Positions 59,164 to 64,000 of a stretch of DNA of 64,000 nt are shown in pieces; positions within the stretch are counted from its first letter, which is position 1; the number at the start of each line of letters is the position of its first letter. The notes beneath the pieces are model-generated. The model made no database searches and was not told the DNA's origin. It was given only the letters and a program-made list of their open reading frames with translations. The translations under genes were made by a program, and so were the position numbers. The stretch lies in IMG/VR virus record IMGVR_UViG_3300024581_003789, positions 59,665 through 123,664 of that record; one strand, given 5' to 3'. The DNA comes from a virus.

Positions 59164-62100
59164 ATGGCGGGAAAAACAAATATAACAGCTACGTATTTTG
59201 CTCAGAAAAAACTTTTAGGCAAAGCAAACACTTCGATATTGAAAAAAGATTATGAAGAATCAATATCGACAAACATACAAACCAATGCTAGTATTATTTT
59301 TGGCGAGACTGTCACAGACAATCCAACACAAACACTTTATTGGAACGATAGTATTGTTGAGTATGTTGAATTTGAATTAGATGCAGTTGCCGGTACCGCC
59401 TATCAGGCAACTCCTGATACGGGAGGGGAAGGAACTCAAGATTCTGGTACACACGCCTATAGGCTTAAGTTTCCTACAGGTTATGCAGCAGCGACATCTT
59501 CCGGGAAGAGTTTCCAAGATGGTGAGTATATCCACGAATATTTAGGTAGAGCACAGTTAGTACCTACATTTTATTCTGAACTCGTCCCCAACCCCTACAA
59601 TATCAAACTGTATGATGGGAATGGTGTACAAATACCTTTAGCAGATGAAGTTGACTGGAGTATCGATTACTACAATGGCATACTTTTCTTACAGGACTAC
59701 GATGCTAATAAGATTCCAGCGACTGCTCGAGCATTTATTTATATTGGCGACTATTTAGATGACGTTCTTTCATCTGCAGCGTCTTCTGGAGATCTAAACT
59801 ACGTTCAAAGTACTGCATCAGGTTATTTAAGCGCAACCGGATCAATGTCTTTTTCAGGAGGCGAAGGTTACAATTTCAATACTAGCGATGTAGGTAGTGA
59901 TACATTCTTCTTCGTAAGCGGATCTTTAGATGGACAAAATAAGTCCGTTTTCGGGGGTGATGTTGTCGTAAGTGGTAGTTTTTCACTATCTAGTAATAGT
60001 TTAGGGACTAACGATCAAGAAATAAGACACCAATTTATCGATCAGGAATATTCTGGAAGTTATATTACCTCTATAGACGGACAATTACTAAACAAGTCTC
60101 TTAAATCCCCTGTTTATGCAAAGTCAAGTGATATCAACTCAGATCTTTTTAATGTTGTAAGAATGAGTTTGTTTACAAAAGAACAAGCGTCTTTTGAATC
60201 TCTTCTTCAAAATACAAACGTTTTTAAAATAGAGTCATATGTTGAAGGGCCTCCAGATTCTAGCGGTAACCCAACTTTTACAAAGGAGCTCGGATATTTT
60301 AACTTTTCATTTGATAAAGATATCGGCTACTTAAAGCTAGTTACAGACCCGAATACTGGTGAAGATTATTATGAAAACGACAATGTCGACAATCAAAATG
60401 ATGCAGAGTATTTTTTTGATACGCAAAACGAAGAAGATGTGTCAACTTTCCAGAGAGTTCGAACAGACAATGGCAACATAGAATCAAAGTATATTTCTTC
60501 TCTAGCAGCAGATGTTAAGTCAAACTTTAATCACGGTTTTAAATACATAATTCAAGAATATGATGTTAATGATAAAATAGCAAATGACTATATGTCTGTG
60601 ACGTCAACTACAGGAATCTCTCTTGACATAACATACACGCCAAATTCCGATTCTGGCGTTGAAGAAATAACCGGTCTTAAGCTGATCGACAGCAATTCTG
60701 CGACTATTGGAAATTATGATTTCTCTTCCGACGTTAATATCCAAAACGAACCGTTAGATATTACGAAAAAAGTATTAAATGACATCAATGATAGATCATC
60801 TGTTGATAGCTACAGGAGTAGCATTGTAAGTAGTGGAGTGTCTGTCCCGGGTACAGGAAAGATAATAAATAGATATCCGATACTTTTTTCTAGATACCTA
60901 AACGAAGGAACACCTGAGTATATTAAGATAGGAACAAAAGTTTCTGTTAATAGATGGGAATCTTTAAAGTCTAAATATTCAACTTTTGATATAGATAGTT
61001 CACTTATTAATGGTGTTTTTAAACCAACAAGTGCATCAAATTTTGCCCCGCTGATTAATGCAACAACAGCTTTTGGCTGCTTAAAAACTTTTATATACGC
61101 CTTCAATTATGCGGTAACTAAATCTTCAGCAACCACAAAGCCTGCTGCAATTAACTCAACAAACTATCCAGCACTTAACTGGACTCTGTATAATGATATC
61201 AATAATACGAATTCAAATTCAGGAATATATGAATTAAGGCTTTTATTTCTTCCTTTTATTAAAAAATTTACTGATGACTTATATGATATATGCAATACTG
61301 CCTTAAGTGATCCTAACTATAGCGCTTTCTTTGGTTATACAGAAACAGTAAAGAATTTTTCGAACAATACACTAAGCTCAACAGCTTCCGTGTCAATTGA
61401 AGAAGTTATAACAAACAAATTTTTGGCGGAGATTGGTTACAATCTCAATAAAAAAGTCAACGGCGACAGAGGTGTTTATACCTTAGCAAAAGAGTATGAT
61501 GAGTATTTGTATTACACGTCTTTGCATTTTAATAGCGTAGGAGATCGATCTGAAAGAGATTTTGTACAAGCTACAAATAGAGGTCAATATGCATCAGGCG
61601 CAACCACAACACTAGCAGATTACGAAAATTCATCTCTTAACGTAGAATCTTTGTTGAAAAATAGATACACATTGATGACTGCGTTCAAGCCGGCCTTGAT
61701 TGCTAATGGTACTAGCTTGTTTTTAGGACCGGTCTCAATATCAAAACTCTATGGGCAGTCACCAATACAAGTCAACACAGAATTTGTTTTTGGTAACGAG
61801 CAGCCTGTCTTAGATGATTTTGGGAACGTTTTAACTGGAAGTGATGGAAACATTCTTACCTCAGCATCACACCAATTAGTAGTTGGTAGTAAAGGATTTG
61901 AAGGTGATTTGCAAGTAACAGGATCCGTTGATATTACGGGTTTTGGCCGAGGCGACGGAATGAGAATAAACATGGGAAGTCTAGTCATGACTTCAGATCT
62001 AGATGGATCAAACATGCCTCAATTCCAAATGATCAATTCAAATGCCAATGAATACGAAAGACCCCAGATTCTTTTATCTAATAATCTTTCTTCTTTTGTC

Positions 62101-63978
62101 AGCGGTTCAAAAAGTTATCAAATGGGAGAAATAGCTTTTGCTGGACCTAGAGATGACTCTCCAGAAGATGATAGAGAAAATATTGTTGTAAGAGCTCAGA
62201 TCAATGAGCTTGTTAGTTCTTCTTCAGTCAATTACCTCTCTTTTGACTTTTACGTAAATGAAGCTAGAAATCCATTTAAAAATGCCGACGGGACAATACC
62301 TGTTTTAAATCAAAGAACAGCTGTTTTAGCATTGGGTCAGTTTAGTGACGGACAAGCTGATAATGAAAACGGTGTATCTACAGGTATGGGTGTAAGAGGT
62401 AATGTAGTCCCATTAGGCGTTGCTGACTTTTCTGACATTGGCGGGAGAAGTATTCCACCTGATGCAAACACATTGGGGACAGAAAGATTTAGATGGGGCG
62501 CGCTTCATTTAAGTCAAGATGCTCCTTTAACTTTTGGGAACACACTAGGAACCAAAGCAAAGCTAGAATACGACAGTAGTTATGCAATGCCAGTCTTTTC
62601 AGGAAGTGCAGGATTCTTGCATGGTTTAAGTGGATCTTTGACGACTCTTCTAGATGGAACTAGCTACCTTAGGGGTATTGATGGCGTCACAGTCTCTACG
62701 GGATCATCTGGTGAGGTTTACGTAGGGCTAGAAGGCTATACAACAGGCAGTCAACTAGTTACTACAGATTATCATTCTGAGACTGGCTTGTCTGGAAGTC
62801 AAGTTTCCTTCAATCAGGATCTTTTTGAGCTAGCAAATTACAATGATAATAATATTAAATTTTATCTTAACGGTCAACTTCTATCTTCTGGTAGCGTTGA
62901 AGAAGTTGTTGTAAGCGGGTCTAGAGACTACCACCTAGATCCTGACACGGGAACAATATCGTTTGCATCTCCGGTGCAACCATCAGATATTCTCGCATCA
63001 GTCTATCATAACGACACGTCAGATGAACGCGGACAATATCGCTATGATAGAATATTAAGTATTGATCAAGCAGCAGGTACAAACGTTTGGTTTAATTTTG
63101 ACTTTAGACTTATTGATTACAGCTATGATAAATTTGAAGTTTTTGTTAATGGTCAACAACTAACAAGAATCGAGGGTTTGAGTCCATCTGAAACTCAACC
63201 TTATGAAATTACTGCAGTTAACAGAATTGCATTTGATCATGATCTATATGCGTCTGACGTCATTACTCTTCTTTTTAAAATACCTAACCCGTTTGCTTCT
63301 TCTGGTGGCGGTGAAGAAGAAGGTGAAGAGATCAACTTCAAGATCAAAGAAACAAGAAATGTTACTCAAGACTATAACCCTCTAGATCCTGTGTCAATAA
63401 CTGACCTTCCCTTTGCATTAGATGTTTATAGTAACGATGTGTTAACTGTCTATTTGAATGGTCAACTTCTATATCCGGGAAATTTATTTAGAACACAAAC
63501 CGGAAGGTCAGATTATTACATCCAAAACGACACAACAATACTATTCGCTGATGTGCTAAAGACAGGGGATGTTATCACTTTTGATCTACTTGTCCCAGGA
63601 TCAGCAAATGCATTTGATGACACCGTCTTCATTACTCAGAACAGATCTCTACTTAGCAATACGCTGCAACTATCTGGGTCTAACGGAATCGAACTCGAGA
63701 CAACTCAAGAAAACATTATCATAAAAAATAATAAAGAGCTTGTCTTTAATGAAATTCTGGGTGGAAATGCAGACGGTATCAACAGAATTTTTTATTTAAA
63801 TCATGAACCGTTCGCGTCTAGCGAGATAAGTATATTCGTTGACGGGCAACTCAAAGTTCCGTCCGGTTCAACAACTTCGTTTGATTATCAGGTGACTGGT
63901 GATCAAATAACTTTCAATTCCCAATCGACTCCAAGTAGTGGAAGCTTGGTAATGTCAATTTATAACAAGGTGATATAA
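59164..63978 (+). CDS. Very large mosaic virion protein with four C-terminal repeat domains
   Basis: 1604 aa; SGS-rich segments; four (Y/F)(L/V)(N/D)GQ repeats; starts directly after the previous stop. Confidence 0.75.
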   Translation: MAGKTNITATYFAQKKLLGKANTSILKKDYEESISTNIQTNASIIFGETVTDNPTQTLYWNDSIVEYVEFELDAVAGTAYQATPDTGGEGTQDSGTHAYRLKFPTGYAAATSSGKSFQDGEYIHEYLGRAQLVPTFYSELVPNPYNIKLYDGNGVQIPLADEVDWSIDYYNGILFLQDYDANKIPATARAFIYIGDYLDDVLSSAASSGDLNYVQSTASGYLSATGSMSFSGGEGYNFNTSDVGSDTFFFVSGSLDGQNKSVFGGDVVVSGSFSLSSNSLGTNDQEIRHQFIDQEYSGSYITSIDGQLLNKSLKSPVYAKSSDINSDLFNVVRMSLFTKEQASFESLLQNTNVFKIESYVEGPPDSSGNPTFTKELGYFNFSFDKDIGYLKLVTDPNTGEDYYENDNVDNQNDAEYFFDTQNEEDVSTFQRVRTDNGNIESKYISSLAADVKSNFNHGFKYIIQEYDVNDKIANDYMSVTSTTGISLDITYTPNSDSGVEEITGLKLIDSNSATIGNYDFSSDVNIQNEPLDITKKVLNDINDRSSVDSYRSSIVSSGVSVPGTGKIINRYPILFSRYLNEGTPEYIKIGTKVSVNRWESLKSKYSTFDIDSSLINGVFKPTSASNFAPLINATTAFGCLKTFIYAFNYAVTKSSATTKPAAINSTNYPALNWTLYNDINNTNSNSGIYELRLLFLPFIKKFTDDLYDICNTALSDPNYSAFFGYTETVKNFSNNTLSSTASVSIEEVITNKFLAEIGYNLNKKVNGDRGVYTLAKEYDEYLYYTSLHFNSVGDRSERDFVQATNRGQYASGATTTLADYENSSLNVESLLKNRYTLMTAFKPALIANGTSLFLGPVSISKLYGQSPIQVNTEFVFGNEQPVLDDFGNVLTGSDGNILTSASHQLVVGSKGFEGDLQVTGSVDITGFGRGDGMRINMGSLVMTSDLDGSNMPQFQMINSNANEYERPQILLSNNLSSFVSGSKSYQMGEIAFAGPRDDSPEDDRENIVVRAQINELVSSSSVNYLSFDFYVNEARNPFKNADGTIPVLNQRTAVLALGQFSDGQADNENGVSTGMGVRGNVVPLGVADFSDIGGRSIPPDANTLGTERFRWGALHLSQDAPLTFGNTLGTKAKLEYDSSYAMPVFSGSAGFLHGLSGSLTTLLDGTSYLRGIDGVTVSTGSSGEVYVGLEGYTTGSQLVTTDYHSETGLSGSQVSFNQDLFELANYNDNNIKFYLNGQLLSSGSVEEVVVSGSRDYHLDPDTGTISFASPVQPSDILASVYHNDTSDERGQYRYDRILSIDQAAGTNVWFNFDFRLIDYSYDKFEVFVNGQQLTRIEGLSPSETQPYEITAVNRIAFDHDLYASDVITLLFKIPNPFASSGGGEEEGEEINFKIKETRNVTQDYNPLDPVSITDLPFALDVYSNDVLTVYLNGQLLYPGNLFRTQTGRSDYYIQNDTTILFADVLKTGDVITFDLLVPGSANAFDDTVFITQNRSLLSNTLQLSGSNGIELETTQENIIIKNNKELVFNEILGGNADGINRIFYLNHEPFASSEISIFVDGQLKVPSGSTTSFDYQVTGDQITFNSQSTPSSGSLVMSIYNKVI

Positions 63979-63979
63979 A

Positions 63980-64000
63980 ATGTATAATACTTCTGATATA
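63980..64000 (+). CDS. Start of next gene (truncated)
   Basis: ATG 63980 one base after the stop, open to the window end. Confidence 0.4.

Noticed and set aside
55810-63978. Diversity-generating retroelement TR/VR pair
   Set aside because: The repeats are diverged protein-level duplications, not near-identical DNA differing at adenines; no reverse transcriptase in the window.
1-64000. Stop-codon reassignment (as in some jumbo phages)
   Set aside because: Code 11 gives dense, full-length genes with intact C-terminal motifs; TAA, TAG and TGA all end genes at sensible positions.
1-64000. tRNA, rRNA, CRISPR array, IS or integrase
   Set aside because: Intergenic gaps are short and none shows a cloverleaf, regular repeat-spacer array or transposase/recombinase motif.

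Overview
This 64-kb window is part of a large, AT-rich, T4-related (jumbo-type) myophage genome. Nearly all genes lie on the + strand in standard code 11, with frequent GGAG/GAGG ribosome-binding sites. In order it contains: a metallopeptidase-VWA gene; a single-chain Mre11-Rad50 (gp47-gp46) fusion; the head module (TerL, portal, gp21 protease, acidic scaffold, 638-aa major capsid protein); an accessory island; neck and tail-terminator genes; two tandem ~1000-aa tail sheath genes; tail tube; a chaperone/gp26-like gene pair; tape measure; and baseplate genes. Next comes a replication block (short PolA-family protein, gp32 SSB, UvsX/RecA, 5'-3' exonuclease, DnaB-like helicase, class II RNR) interleaved with unknown late-looking genes. 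The window ends with ClpP, Dps-like and M15 peptidase genes and two very large virion proteins. The most interesting signals are: (1) a T7 slippery run linking the chaperone ORF to an open +1 frame between tube and tape measure, suggesting a +1/-2 rather than the usual -1 programmed frameshift; (2) a set of scattered unknown proteins sharing an N-terminal amphipathic helix ending in (I/L)-x-E, two proteins sharing a C-terminal RWQxL(A/S)G motif, and a candidate late promoter ATAnTTA, together suggesting a capsid cargo-addressing system; (3) an unannotated 17-aa Cys-rich micro-ORF overlapping the nrdJ stop; (4) an in-frame internal start in the scaffold gene. All family assignments come from motif recognition by eye; no database searches were run.
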